Notes: a model not told the origin generated them from the sequence alone. A stretch of DNA of 64,000 bases from an uncultured Arcobacter sp. (GCA_965140705.1 OZ223300.1:1408001-1472000), one strand, 5' to 3'; shown: positions 11,114 to 21,315, counted from the first letter of the stretch. Made by a program: numbers and translations.

Positions 11114-12412
11114 ATGTTTTTACATAGAGAAAATGAACTTGAAATATTACAAAAAGACTTCTCTATCCCTAACTCATCATTTAATTTTATTTTTGGAAGA
11201 AGAAAGATAGGTAAGACCTCTTTTATCAACTCTTACATAAGTGATAAAAATAGCTTTTATATCTCTTTTTTAGAGATGATGAATTTGATTACTTTTCAAA
11301 CTATCCATAAAAATATCGAAAACCATTTAAATAAAAAAGTGGAATCTTTTGATACTTTTGAATCCTTTTTAAAAGTAATAGCACAAGTGAACTTTGAAGA
11401 AAAATTGATATTAGTATTAGATGACTTTCAAAACCTAATCAAAGTAGAAAAAGATGCTTTAAGTCTTTTTTATAAGACTTGGAATAAAGAACTGAGTTAT
11501 TCAAATATCCAAGTTATTATTTTATCTTCTATTTGTTCTAGTAATAAAGATGATGAGTATATTTATAAAAAATCTTCAAATATAATAAAACTAGACAAAT
11601 TACCATATTCTAGTATTAAAGAGTTTGTTCCTGATATTCAATCTGGTGATATGATGCATATATTTAGTGCTTATGGGACAAATCCTGACTACTTAAAACT
11701 ATATGACCCTAAGAAAGATTTTGTATCAAATATAAAAGAGAGTTTTTTAAGTTATGATGGAGTTTTTTTCAATGAAGGTATGGACTTTTTGAAAAAAGAT
11801 TTAAATGAAATCTCAACATACTCTTCAATACTCTATGCAATAGCTTTAGGAAATAGTAAAATTGGAGCAATAGCAGACTTTTTAAACCTAAAATCAACCT
11901 ATCTTACAAGATATTTACAAAAACTAATTGACATAATGATTATCAAAAAATATGTACCTATAAATGAAGATATAAAAAAGAGCAAGTTTGGAAGATATGA
12001 GATTGAAGATAATTTTATTAAATTTTGGTTTTGTTATATCTATCCAAATTATTCAACTCTTCAAAAGGGTGATACTAATAGTGTGATTAGTAATATAAAA
12101 GAAGACTTTACAAAACGACTTGTACAAAATAGTTATAAAATGCATATTTTGAGCCTAATAAAAAATGATCCATATAAATACTTAGGTTTTATTCCAAATA
12201 ATCTTGGAAGTTGGTGGAATAATAAAGATACCAATATCGATATTATTGCTTATGATTATAAAAATATTATCTTTATTGATACAAAGTGGAGAGATACTCA
12301 AGAACTAGAAGAAAGCTATGCTATATTAAAAAATAAATCCGATGAATTTAAAACTACTCTAAATAAAAAATATATCATATTCTCGAAAATTTCCCCTACG
12401 AAATTTAGCTAA
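11114..12412 (+). CDS. Archaeal-type AAA ATPase with wHTH and DUF234-like C-terminal domain
   Basis: F..RE.EL, GRRKIGKT Walker A, LVLDDFQ Walker B, DNFIKFWF and WW...IDII...FIDTKW. Confidence 0.8.
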   Translation: MFLHRENELEILQKDFSIPNSSFNFIFGRRKIGKTSFINSYISDKNSFYISFLEMMNLITFQTIHKNIENHLNKKVESFDTFESFLKVIAQVNFEEKLILVLDDFQNLIKVEKDALSLFYKTWNKELSYSNIQVIILSSICSSNKDDEYIYKKSSNIIKLDKLPYSSIKEFVPDIQSGDMMHIFSAYGTNPDYLKLYDPKKDFVSNIKESFLSYDGVFFNEGMDFLKKDLNEISTYSSILYAIALGNSKIGAIADFLNLKSTYLTRYLQKLIDIMIIKKYVPINEDIKKSKFGRYEIEDNFIKFWFCYIYPNYSTLQKGDTNSVISNIKEDFTKRLVQNSYKMHILSLIKNDPYKYLGFIPNNLGSWWNNKDTNIDIIAYDYKNIIFIDTKWRDTQELEESYAILKNKSDEFKTTLNKKYIIFSKISPTKFS

Positions 12413-12422
12413 AGGATTTTAT

Positions 12423-14033
12423 GTGGCTACAAGTATTACAGTTAAAAGTCCAAATGGTGAAAGCACAATATATGAAGTTAGCTTATTTGATGTAATAGAT
12501 ATAAAAAAAGGTGACTATGTACTTGTACCTGAGCGACCTGAATTATTAGACTTAGAAATTATTGATGACTCTTTAAAAATAAATTTCCCAGATGAAAATA
12601 GTGTAGTAGTGAAAGATATAATTACTTTTATCAAGCAAAATAGTTCAACAGATACCCATGGTCTTATGGATAAATTAGATACCTCTGCCATATCTTTTTT
12701 AGATGAAAAAGGTGATTTTGAAGAGATAGATTTAGTAGATAAACTTTTAACCCTGATTGAAAAATCACCAAAAGCTAATGAAAGCCTTTCTCCTACTGAA
12801 AATAATGAAAGTGACACTAATGTATCAGATACTAATATTACAAGTGATAATAGACCCACAATAAGAGGTATAACTGAAAGTGGTGCAAGAGTAACTATCA
12901 CAGATGATGCTGGAAATGTTTTAGGAAGTACAATAGCAGATGAAGATGGAAATTATTTAATAACGACAAGTGAACTTTCAAATGGAACACAAAACTTGAA
13001 AATAACAGCCACTGATAAAGAAGGGAATTCAGGAACAGAGATTCAAACTATCACTGTAAATAGCTCAGAATTAGATATCAAAAAATTTGAGATAACAAAC
13101 ATATCAGATGCAAATGAAGAGTACTCTTATATAAATATAAGTGGCAAAGGATTGGAAAGTAAAAATAGTGTATCAATATTTGATGAAGATGGTATCAAAG
13201 TTGCCACAACAACCATACGAGAAGATAGAACTTGGAGCGTAGGTATCTCAAACTTTGCAGGAACACCTGTAAGTAATAAAGAGTTTTTTAAAGCAATAGA
13301 GAATGATATAGCAGGAAATGAGATAGCACAAATAGATAGTAATCATTACTGGAATGAAAAGCTAACTTCTTTAGATGAGGAATCAACAGATGAGTTTGAG
13401 ACGGTAGATATTGTAGATGAAGAGAGTAATATAGATACAATAGCATCTGTTGAAAATGAAAGTATGCTAAGTGATGCTGAAGTTGAGAATGATGTTTCAG
13501 AAGATGATATGACAAGCGTATTTGATGAATTAGCTATTGTAGAGAGTTTAGAAAATAGTATTGAAGAATATGGAAGTGATGAAAGTATTTCTATTGATGA
13601 AGAAGATATTGAGTATGAAGATGATCTTAGTTACATAGAAGATGACTTTTTAAATGATGTTCAAATAGAATCTCTTCCTACTACTAAAGATTTGACTTTA
13701 ACTGGTATGGAAGAAAGTGTTGAAGATGAAATATTAGAGCAGTCAAATAATGAGCAAACAAAAAAAGAAAATGACGATGTACCTCTTCATGTAGAAGAGT
13801 CAGAAGTAGAAACTTCTATGGATAATGAGATATCAATAGATGATACTACAGATAATAACGATGAGATAGATTTAAGCGTACCAGTTGATGAAACAGAAGA
13901 AGTACAAAAATACGCAAAAGATTGGCTAAAAACAGGCGTTCAAGTAAAAGATGGCGATGATATATTTGAGGTATGGACAAAAGATGACGCCACAGTATAT
14001 GTTGATATCTCAACGACACTAATAGATATCTAA
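12423..14033 (+). CDS. Acidic protein with bacterial Ig-like domain(s), possible type I secretion substrate
   Basis: NITSDNRPTIRGITESGARVTITD..G.VLGST.AD.DGNY..T..L..G...L.ITATD.EGN Ig repeat; long D/E-rich region; no signal peptide; GTG start with AAGGA RBS. Confidence 0.7.
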   Translation: MATSITVKSPNGESTIYEVSLFDVIDIKKGDYVLVPERPELLDLEIIDDSLKINFPDENSVVVKDIITFIKQNSSTDTHGLMDKLDTSAISFLDEKGDFEEIDLVDKLLTLIEKSPKANESLSPTENNESDTNVSDTNITSDNRPTIRGITESGARVTITDDAGNVLGSTIADEDGNYLITTSELSNGTQNLKITATDKEGNSGTEIQTITVNSSELDIKKFEITNISDANEEYSYINISGKGLESKNSVSIFDEDGIKVATTTIREDRTWSVGISNFAGTPVSNKEFFKAIENDIAGNEIAQIDSNHYWNEKLTSLDEESTDEFETVDIVDEESNIDTIASVENESMLSDAEVENDVSEDDMTSVFDELAIVESLENSIEEYGSDESISIDEEDIEYEDDLSYIEDDFLNDVQIESLPTTKDLTLTGMEESVEDEILEQSNNEQTKKENDDVPLHVEESEVETSMDNEISIDDTTDNNDEIDLSVPVDETEEVQKYAKDWLKTGVQVKDGDDIFEVWTKDDATVYVDISTTLIDI

Positions 14034-14037
14034 ACTA

Positions 14038-14063
14038 AAAAAAGAGATATTCAGCCTCTTTTT
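14038..14063 (+). terminator. Terminator-like hairpin
   Basis: AAAAAGAG..CTCTTTTT inverted repeat after the stop codon. Confidence 0.45.
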
Positions 14064-14080
14064 CTTAAATTTCCCCTTAC

Positions 14081-14115
14081 TTTTAAGCATAAATAAAAAG
14101 AATCTAAACTATAAT
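14081..14115 (+). promoter_or_regulatory. Sigma70 promoter of the tRNA gene
   Basis: TATAAT at 14110-14115, 10 nt before the tRNA, with upstream TTTAAG as typical of Campylobacterota. Confidence 0.6.
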
Positions 14116-14125
14116 TCCACTCTTC

Positions 14126-14201
14126 GACCCCGTCGTCTAGTGGCCAAGGACGACAGGATTTCCTCCTGTAAACTCAAGTTCGAATCTTGATGGGGTCGCC
14201 A
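14126..14201 (+). tRNA. tRNA-Glu (TTC)
   Basis: 76-nt cloverleaf: acceptor GACCCCG/TGGGGTC, D arm GTC/GAC, anticodon stem ACAGG/CCTGT with loop ATTTCCT, T arm TCAAG-TTCGAAT-CTTGA, encoded CCA. Confidence 0.9.
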
Positions 14202-14268
14202 TTCACACGTACTATAGCTACGCACTTTCTAAGAAAAATAACTATTTAAATTATCTTAAATAAATCTT

Positions 14269-14293
14269 AATGGTGATACTTTTGGTGATACTT
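14269..14293 (+). repeat. Tandem TGGTGATACTT motif, left copy (putative integrase arm-type site)
   Basis: AATGGTGATACTTTTGGTGATACTT, identical to 22683-22707. Confidence 0.75.
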
Positions 14294-14576
14294 CTTAAAA
14301 TCTACTTATAAATTTATTTTTGTGACGTACTATTTGACATGAATTTGATATATTTAATTGATAAAGAATTAATAAATTAATAACTATTTTAACGATATTA
14401 TTAGTGATAAAAAAGTTTTATATTTTAATATTTTAATTATGGATTTTATTTTTAAATATTACATGAAACTTTTATTGAAAAGTAGAGTGTTATAAGCTTT
14501 TTAATTATTAGGATAAATATATCAATGATATGTAGTAATTGTCTGAATATATTCTTGAAAATAGAATGCTTTTATT

Positions 14577-14825
14577 ATGGTAAGTCTATCTTTAGCCTTA
14601 GGACTATCAAGTCTGGCAAGCCAAAAGATAAGTATAGATTTACTTTTCTTAGATGAAGGGTTTAGAACACTAGATAGCGATAGCCTAAAACTAGCACTAA
14701 ATCAACTACAAAGTTTAGGAAAGATGGTAGGTGTGATTTCCCATGTGGAAGCACTAAAAGAACGAATTCCATTACAAATAAAGGTTGAGTCTAAGGGTGA
14801 TGGGACGAGTGGTCTAAATTTATAA
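14577..14825 (+). pseudogene. sbcC: C-terminal remnant of an SbcC ATPase
   Basis: VSLSLALGLS..LFLDEGFRTLD..VGVISHVEALKERI matches the SbcC Walker B/D-loop/H-switch. The rest of the gene, including the SGGE signature, is missing. Confidence 0.85.
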
Positions 14826-14836
14826 AAAGAGTGATA

Positions 14837-17800
14837 ATGATAAAACCAAACTGGAAAATATTTCAAGCCAAATTTAGTGATAATACTACAGAAAATTTTG
14901 AATGGTTTTCTTACTTATTATTTTGTAAACAATATAAACAGTCTCATGGAATTTTTCGTTATAAGAATCAATCTGCAATAGAAACAAATCCTATTGAAAT
15001 TGATAATGAAGTAATAGGTTGGCAAGCAAAATTTTATGAAGTACGAATTTCTGAGCATAAAAAAGATTTACTTGATACAATAGATAAGGCAAGAAGAGAT
15101 TATCCTAATATAACAAAGCTTTTAATTTATACTAATCAAGAATGGGGACAAGATAAAGGTAAAAAACCAAAAGGTCAGGTTGAAGTAGAAAACAAAGCTA
15201 AGAGTTCAGGTATTGAATTAGAATGGAGAGCTCCAAGCTTTTTTGAGTCTGAATTTGTATGTGACGAAAATAAAAATATATCACAACACTTTTTTTCCCT
15301 TGATAAGAGTATTTTTAATTTAATTGAAGAGCAAGAAGTTCATAATGAGAATATATTATCCGAAATACGTTCAAGTATTCACTTTAAAAGTCATGAGATA
15401 GATTTAGATAGAACTATAGAATTAGAAAAACTAAAAAATGAAACAAAGCAAATAAAAATTTTGAGTGGAGTTGGTGGAGTTGGTAAAACAGCTGTAATAA
15501 AAAAATTATATGATGAATTAGATGAAGAGAGCTCTTTTTTTGTATTTAAAGCAACAGAATTTGAAGTAAGACATATTAATGATTTGTTTAAAGATTTTAG
15601 TTTTTATGACTTTGCAAATGCTTTAAAAGATGATACATCAAAAGTAGTTGTTATTGATTCTGCTGAAAAATTATTAGACTTAAATAATACAGACCCATTT
15701 AAAGAGTTTCTAACTGTTTTAATTAAAAATAAATGGCAAATTATATTTACAACAAGAGATCATTATCTAGAAAATCTTAATTATGACTTTTCAGAAATTT
15801 ATAATATCACGCCTATAAATATAAATATAGGAAACTTAAAAGAAGAAACACTTATTTCTCTTTCTAAAGAATATGACTTTTTTTTACCAAAAGATGAAAA
15901 ACTATGTGACTTAATAAAGAATCCTTTTTATTTGAGTGCATACTTAAAACACTATAATGAAGAATCTAGTAATTTAAATTATAGTGATTTTAAGACTAAA
16001 TTGTGGGCTAAAAATATAAAAAACAATAAACCTGAAAGGGAAAGATGCTTTTTTAAAGTAGCATTTGAAAGAGCAAATAGTGGTCAATTTTATATAAATC
16101 CAGACTTTGATTCAAGTATTTTATATGAACTTATACAAGATGGAGTTCTTGGATATGAAGAAATGGGTTATTTTATAACTCATGATATATATGAAGAATG
16201 GGCTTTAGAAAAAATTATAGAAAATTCTTTTCTTAAGAGAGCAAGTGAAGAAATTTTTTTTAATGAAATAGGACAATCTCTAGCAATAAGAAGAAGTTTT
16301 AGGAATTGGTTATCTGAAAAGCTTTTATTAGAGGATGAAAATATAAAACAGTTTATTGAAGATGTCATTGAGAATAAAGAGATTGATATTTTTTGGAAAG
16401 ATGAGGTTTTTGTATCAATATTGTTATCTAACTATTCAGAAGTATTTTTTGAACTCTTTGAAAATGAACTTTTAGAAAACAATCAAGAATTATTAAAAAG
16501 AATCACTTTTATATTAAGGCTTGCTTGCAAAGAAATTGATGATGAATTCTTTGAACAACTAGGTATAAGAGGATTAAATGTTCTTTCTTTTAAATATGCT
16601 TTTACAAAACCAAAAGGTCAAGGATGGAAATCAATAATAAATTTTGTGTTTAATAATATATCAAAAATAGGTATCAAAAACATCAATTTTATTTTACCAG
16701 TAGTGCATGATTGGAATAGTAAAGTAAAAGAGGGAAATACAACAAGAGTCTCAAGTTTAATTGCTTTACAGTTTTATGAATGGATAATAAAAGATGATGT
16801 TTATTGGTCTAAAAGAGAAACTGAAGAAAAACTATTACAAACTATTCTTTATGGAGCTTCAGAAATAAAAAATGAGTTAGAAACAATTTTTGATAATGTA
16901 ATTAAGAATAAATGGAATAAAAATAGAGACCCTTACTATAGTTTATCTGAGATGGTTTTAACTAAAATGGAAGGAGTCTCATTAGTTAAAGTTCTTCCTA
17001 AAAAAGTTTTAGAACTTGCAGAGTTATATTGGACACTTTCAGAAAAGAAAAAAGCTGATTTTTATAGTTCAAAAATGGAGGTTGATGAGTATTTTGGATT
17101 AGAAAAAAGTCGTTCTGACTATTATCCTGCAAGTGCATATCAAACGCCAATATATTGGTTGTTACAACACGACTTAATAAATACAATAGATTTTATTTTA
17201 AAGTTTGTAAATAAATCAGTTGAAGCTTATGCTAACTCTTCTTTTGATTCTTCTGTAAAACAAGTTAAAGTATATATCAATGAGGGAAATGTTAAAAAAC
17301 AGTATATGAGTAATTGTTTATGGCATATGTATAGAGGGGTTGGGTCTCCAGTAACTCCCTATCTACTTCAATCAATTCACATGGCATTAGAAAAGTTCAT
17401 TTTGGAAAATGCAAAATATACAAAAGATGAAGTTTTTGAGGGTTGGTTAATATTCCTTCTTATGAATTCTGAATCTGCTTCTATTTCTTCCGTTGTAGCT
17501 AGTATTGTTCTTGCATATCCTGATAAAACATTTAATGTTGCAAAAATATTATTCAATACAAAAGAATTTATAATAGAAGATAAACATAGAATTGTATTGG
17601 AGAATAGGACAGAATCTTTATATTCTATAGGTAAAAATTGGGGTGTTAATAATCATGAATTATATGATAATGAAAGGCTTAAAACTTGTAAAGATAAACA
17701 TCGTGAAACGTGTTTAGAAGATCTTTTTCTAAAATATCAATGTTTTAGAAATGAAGGTGTATCGGAAGAAGAAGCTGAAGAAAGACAAAAAAGATTATGG

Positions 17801-19525
17801 GAGATACTAGATAATTATTATGAACAGTTATCTAAGGATGACTCAGAAAAAACATGGAGGCTTTTTCTAGCTCGTATGGATAGAAGAAAGATGACTATTA
17901 CCACTGAAAAAGTTGATAAAGGTGTACAAATCCAATTCAATCCTGAACTTGATGATGATTTAAAAAACTATAGTGAAGAAAGTAGAAAAGATAGTTTTGA
18001 ACCTTTTAAATATAGCACATTAAATCTTTGGGCTAGTTATAGGTTGGAAAAAGAAGAAAAATATAAAGAATACGAACAATATGAAAATAATCCTAAACAA
18101 GCATTTATTGAATTAAAGGAATTAATTGAAAAGTTTAACAATGAACCAACTAAAGAGTTTATAATGGTTAATCGTTCAACACCTTCTTTTGTTTGTTCTG
18201 TATTACTACGAGATTTTATTGAGAAATTAAATGAAGAAGAAAAGATTTTTTGTAAAGATATAGTTATAGAGATGGCAAAGTCTGCATTTAACAAAAACTA
18301 TAATTATCAAATTTCTGATGGTATACAAGAATCCTTTTCCTTACTTCCCATTGTGATGAATGAATTTCCTGATGATAAACCAAATGTTAAAATATTATTA
18401 CTATTAGGGTTATTTAAACAAGATAGAGTAGGTGGTATGATGGATAATCATAGCTTTAGTATTTTCCCGACAGTAGCAATTCATCAACTATGGAAAAGTT
18501 CTTTTGAAGATGCACAATCTTTACTTATTGGATATATTTTATTATTACCTAAATTTGATGAACTGTTTTCTAAAATAAGAGAAGAAAATTATCAAAAGAA
18601 TATTTATCGCTTAAATACTAATCAAATACTAGAAAGATTTTTAGATGAAAATACAAAAGCTATTGAAGATGTTGTAAATTGTGAATTAGAATTAGATGAG
18701 ATAGATATACAAAAACTAGATTTAAATGACTTAAATACTTTATTTAAATTAATTCCTTCAGACACAAAAAATGAATTACAAAAAGATATTGTAAAAAATA
18801 TAGTTTTTATTTTTTCTGAAAAGATTTTTTCAGATGAAGATGATGAAAAAATAGATTACATGGATAAACACAATTTCTTAAAGAATTATGCGCATTTTGT
18901 ATTGAATCTAGAACAAAATGAGATAAAAGATTTCATAGAACCTTTTATCAATAAATTTAATCAATCAGAAACAATGGCAGATTTACTAAAAGAATTTGTT
19001 CTTGCAGAAGACTATTTAAATACATATGACAATTTTTGGATTGTTTGGAATATTTTTAAAGAAAAAATATTTGAAATTTCACAAAAGGGAGATGGATATT
19101 GGTATGTTGATAAAATTATTAGAAGTTATCTTTTTGCAGAAGTACCTTGGAAAGAAGATGCAAAAGAGTGGCGTTCTTTTAAAGAAAAACAAAAAAGATT
19201 TTTTAGAGAGGTTTCAAGTAAAATAGGGCATTGTCCCTCTACATTATATTCTATTTCTAAATTGTTGAATGATATTGGTAGCATTTATTTAGATGATGGT
19301 ATAGGTTGGTTCTCAACTATGCTAGAAGACAAAAACTATATTACTAAAAAATTAGAAACTAATACGATTTATTATTTAGAAAACTCAGTAAAAAGATATA
19401 TTTTTAAAAATCGTGAAGCTATAAAAAGGAGTGTTACTTTAAAAAATAAGCTCCTTGTAATATTAAATTTTTTAATTGAAAAAGGTTCTGTAACAGGATA
19501 TATGTTAAGAGAAAGTATTATCTAG
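14837..19525 (+). CDS. avs4: AVAST type 4 anti-phage STAND ATPase-nuclease
   Basis: N-terminus MIKPNW..F.AKFS....NFEWF.YLLFC...GIFRYKNQS.IETNPI...IGWQAKFY matches my recollection of the Avs4 Mrr-like nuclease. GVGGVGKT Walker A, VVIDSAE Walker B, long helical sensor, about 1560 aa. ATG 14837 preferred over GTG 14831. Confidence 0.9.
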   Translation: MIKPNWKIFQAKFSDNTTENFEWFSYLLFCKQYKQSHGIFRYKNQSAIETNPIEIDNEVIGWQAKFYEVRISEHKKDLLDTIDKARRDYPNITKLLIYTNQEWGQDKGKKPKGQVEVENKAKSSGIELEWRAPSFFESEFVCDENKNISQHFFSLDKSIFNLIEEQEVHNENILSEIRSSIHFKSHEIDLDRTIELEKLKNETKQIKILSGVGGVGKTAVIKKLYDELDEESSFFVFKATEFEVRHINDLFKDFSFYDFANALKDDTSKVVVIDSAEKLLDLNNTDPFKEFLTVLIKNKWQIIFTTRDHYLENLNYDFSEIYNITPININIGNLKEETLISLSKEYDFFLPKDEKLCDLIKNPFYLSAYLKHYNEESSNLNYSDFKTKLWAKNIKNNKPERERCFFKVAFERANSGQFYINPDFDSSILYELIQDGVLGYEEMGYFITHDIYEEWALEKIIENSFLKRASEEIFFNEIGQSLAIRRSFRNWLSEKLLLEDENIKQFIEDVIENKEIDIFWKDEVFVSILLSNYSEVFFELFENELLENNQELLKRITFILRLACKEIDDEFFEQLGIRGLNVLSFKYAFTKPKGQGWKSIINFVFNNISKIGIKNINFILPVVHDWNSKVKEGNTTRVSSLIALQFYEWIIKDDVYWSKRETEEKLLQTILYGASEIKNELETIFDNVIKNKWNKNRDPYYSLSEMVLTKMEGVSLVKVLPKKVLELAELYWTLSEKKKADFYSSKMEVDEYFGLEKSRSDYYPASAYQTPIYWLLQHDLINTIDFILKFVNKSVEAYANSSFDSSVKQVKVYINEGNVKKQYMSNCLWHMYRGVGSPVTPYLLQSIHMALEKFILENAKYTKDEVFEGWLIFLLMNSESASISSVVASIVLAYPDKTFNVAKILFNTKEFIIEDKHRIVLENRTESLYSIGKNWGVNNHELYDNERLKTCKDKHRETCLEDLFLKYQCFRNEGVSEEEAEERQKRLWEILDNYYEQLSKDDSEKTWRLFLARMDRRKMTITTEKVDKGVQIQFNPELDDDLKNYSEESRKDSFEPFKYSTLNLWASYRLEKEEKYKEYEQYENNPKQAFIELKELIEKFNNEPTKEFIMVNRSTPSFVCSVLLRDFIEKLNEEEKIFCKDIVIEMAKSAFNKNYNYQISDGIQESFSLLPIVMNEFPDDKPNVKILLLLGLFKQDRVGGMMDNHSFSIFPTVAIHQLWKSSFEDAQSLLIGYILLLPKFDELFSKIREENYQKNIYRLNTNQILERFLDENTKAIEDVVNCELELDEIDIQKLDLNDLNTLFKLIPSDTKNELQKDIVKNIVFIFSEKIFSDEDDEKIDYMDKHNFLKNYAHFVLNLEQNEIKDFIEPFINKFNQSETMADLLKEFVLAEDYLNTYDNFWIVWNIFKEKIFEISQKGDGYWYVDKIIRSYLFAEVPWKEDAKEWRSFKEKQKRFFREVSSKIGHCPSTLYSISKLLNDIGSIYLDDGIGWFSTMLEDKNYITKKLETNTIYYLENSVKRYIFKNREAIKRSVTLKNKLLVILNFLIEKGSVTGYMLRESII

Positions 19526-19539
19526 AAAAGTAAAATAAA

Positions 19540-19890
19540 ATGAACCTATCTAAATCCGTCTACACAAAAGGCATTCAATGCCCCAAAGCACTTTGGCTTA
19601 AAAAATATAAGCCAAGTGTTTTAACACCACCAGATGAACAAGCACAGGCTATATTTGAAACTAGAAATATAGTAGGTGACTTTGCTTACCAACTTTTTCT
19701 TGATGGTAAAGAAGTACCTTTTACAAGAGAATACGATAAGATGATAGCTACAACTAAAAAGTGGCTTAAGGAGAGATTGTCTAGTATCTATGAATCTACT
19801 TTTAACTATGAGGGAATTTTATTCATGGTAGATATTTTGACTATAAAAGATGGTGAAGATATTAAAAAAATTAAAGGAAATATGAAGTGA
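19540..19890 (+). pseudogene. 5' fragment of the DUF2779 gene
   Basis: About the first 100 codons closely match 32340..33821 (MNLSKS.Y.KGIQCPKALWLKK..P.VLTPPDEQAQAIFET..MVDIL), then diverge and stop. Confidence 0.9.
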
Positions 19891-20570
19891 TTAATGATTT
19901 AACAAAATTAGATCAGGCGAGGAAAAATTTAATGTTGTTTACAACAATATTATTATTCCTATCTTTGTCGAAAATTAATATCAATACTTTTACTTTATTA
20001 GATATTACATTTGATTTGTCAAATGCACCTAAAGCTTTTAATAGCTTTAATGAAGTAGTGTCTTATTTAGTTGTTTATTTTTTTATTCGATTTGTCTCAA
20101 TAACATCGGAGTGTAAAGATTATCTGTTATATCCTAAAAGTACTCTTTTGAAAAATTCTAAAGAAGAGCTATCAGCAAGTTTAAAAATTTTTACTGAAAA
20201 AATTAATGATTTAGAAGATAAAAAGAATTTTGAAAGTGGTGTACACTTGAGTAGATATATAAGATATTTTACAATGTTTTTTGAAGAGTTGTTTTTACAT
20301 AAGAATTTTAGTATATTTATTCTACCAATTTTATATTATAGTGTAACAATGATCTATTTTTATATTTATACTGAAGCCACTTGGTGGATACATTTTACGC
20401 AACTTATTAATTTTTTTGGTGTAGTATATTTAATTATGGTTATGGGAATATTTTCACACCTAGAAAAAACTATTATTAAAGATAAAATTCGTAAATTAAA
20501 ATATCAACATGATTTAAAAGAAAAATATAAAAATGCAAAATTAGTTAGAAGAAATAAAATAAGGAAATAA
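19887..20570 (+). CDS. Hypothetical multi-pass membrane protein
   Basis: 227 aa, about 4 hydrophobic segments, basic C-terminus; GTGA overlap with the upstream stub. Confidence 0.65.
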   Translation: MINDLTKLDQARKNLMLFTTILLFLSLSKININTFTLLDITFDLSNAPKAFNSFNEVVSYLVVYFFIRFVSITSECKDYLLYPKSTLLKNSKEELSASLKIFTEKINDLEDKKNFESGVHLSRYIRYFTMFFEELFLHKNFSIFILPILYYSVTMIYFYIYTEATWWIHFTQLINFFGVVYLIMVMGIFSHLEKTIIKDKIRKLKYQHDLKEKYKNAKLVRRNKIRK

Positions 20571-20984
20571 ATGAATAAAATAAGTATTTTATGGAAAATA
20601 TATTATTGGTCTGTTCTGATATGTGTAATTGGAATGGTTGCTATGGCAATATTTGGTGATGAAGTTTTTTTTGTAGGAAATATATTTTCCAAAATCTATG
20701 ATTTTACTTTTGTTATAATTTTTATGATTAGTATTATGGGCTTACGTGGATATATTTATCAAAAAAGGTATTTTTCAAAGGATATTTGGATATTTATATT
20801 TTCTCTTATTTTAATTGATTTTATTGGTAATTTAATTTATGGATTCAAAAGTATACTTTTATTTCCACTATCGTATGTACTTCTTTATTCAACAATTATT
20901 TTTTTACTTGTATTACCATTTTATTATGCATTATATAAATATACATTTAAAATGAATGAAATGTGGAGCATAGAAAATGACTAA
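20571..20984 (+). CDS. Hypothetical 4-TM membrane protein
   Basis: 137 aa, four hydrophobic segments, AGGA RBS. Confidence 0.65.
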   Translation: MNKISILWKIYYWSVLICVIGMVAMAIFGDEVFFVGNIFSKIYDFTFVIIFMISIMGLRGYIYQKRYFSKDIWIFIFSLILIDFIGNLIYGFKSILLFPLSYVLLYSTIIFLLVLPFYYALYKYTFKMNEMWSIEND

Positions 20985-21294
20985 AAATAAAAAAATTGCA
21001 TCTATATTAATGACATTAATTGTTGGTGGAGTAGCGGGGCATCATATTGATGATATAGTAGAAAAATATAATTTAGAGATGGATAGATATCCATTGAAAG
21101 TTGAGTATAGCATACTAGATAGTTGCATATCAAATTATGATAAACCAATTAGTAGACGAGTGTATGGTAATAAAACAGATATTTGTATTTGTACATTAGA
21201 AAAAACAGAATTAGTACATAGTTATGCTGATTATAAGGTTGATAAAAATACTTTTTTAGATCTATTTGAAAAGTTTTCAAGAGAATGTATGTAA
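20977..21294 (+). CDS. Hypothetical membrane-anchored/exported protein with cysteines
   Basis: N-terminal hydrophobic stretch, C..CIC..C pattern, GGAG RBS. Confidence 0.6.
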   Translation: MTKNKKIASILMTLIVGGVAGHHIDDIVEKYNLEMDRYPLKVEYSILDSCISNYDKPISRRVYGNKTDICICTLEKTELVHSYADYKVDKNTFLDLFEKFSRECM

Positions 21295-21315
21295 CTATGA
21301 GGTAAAACCCCATAG

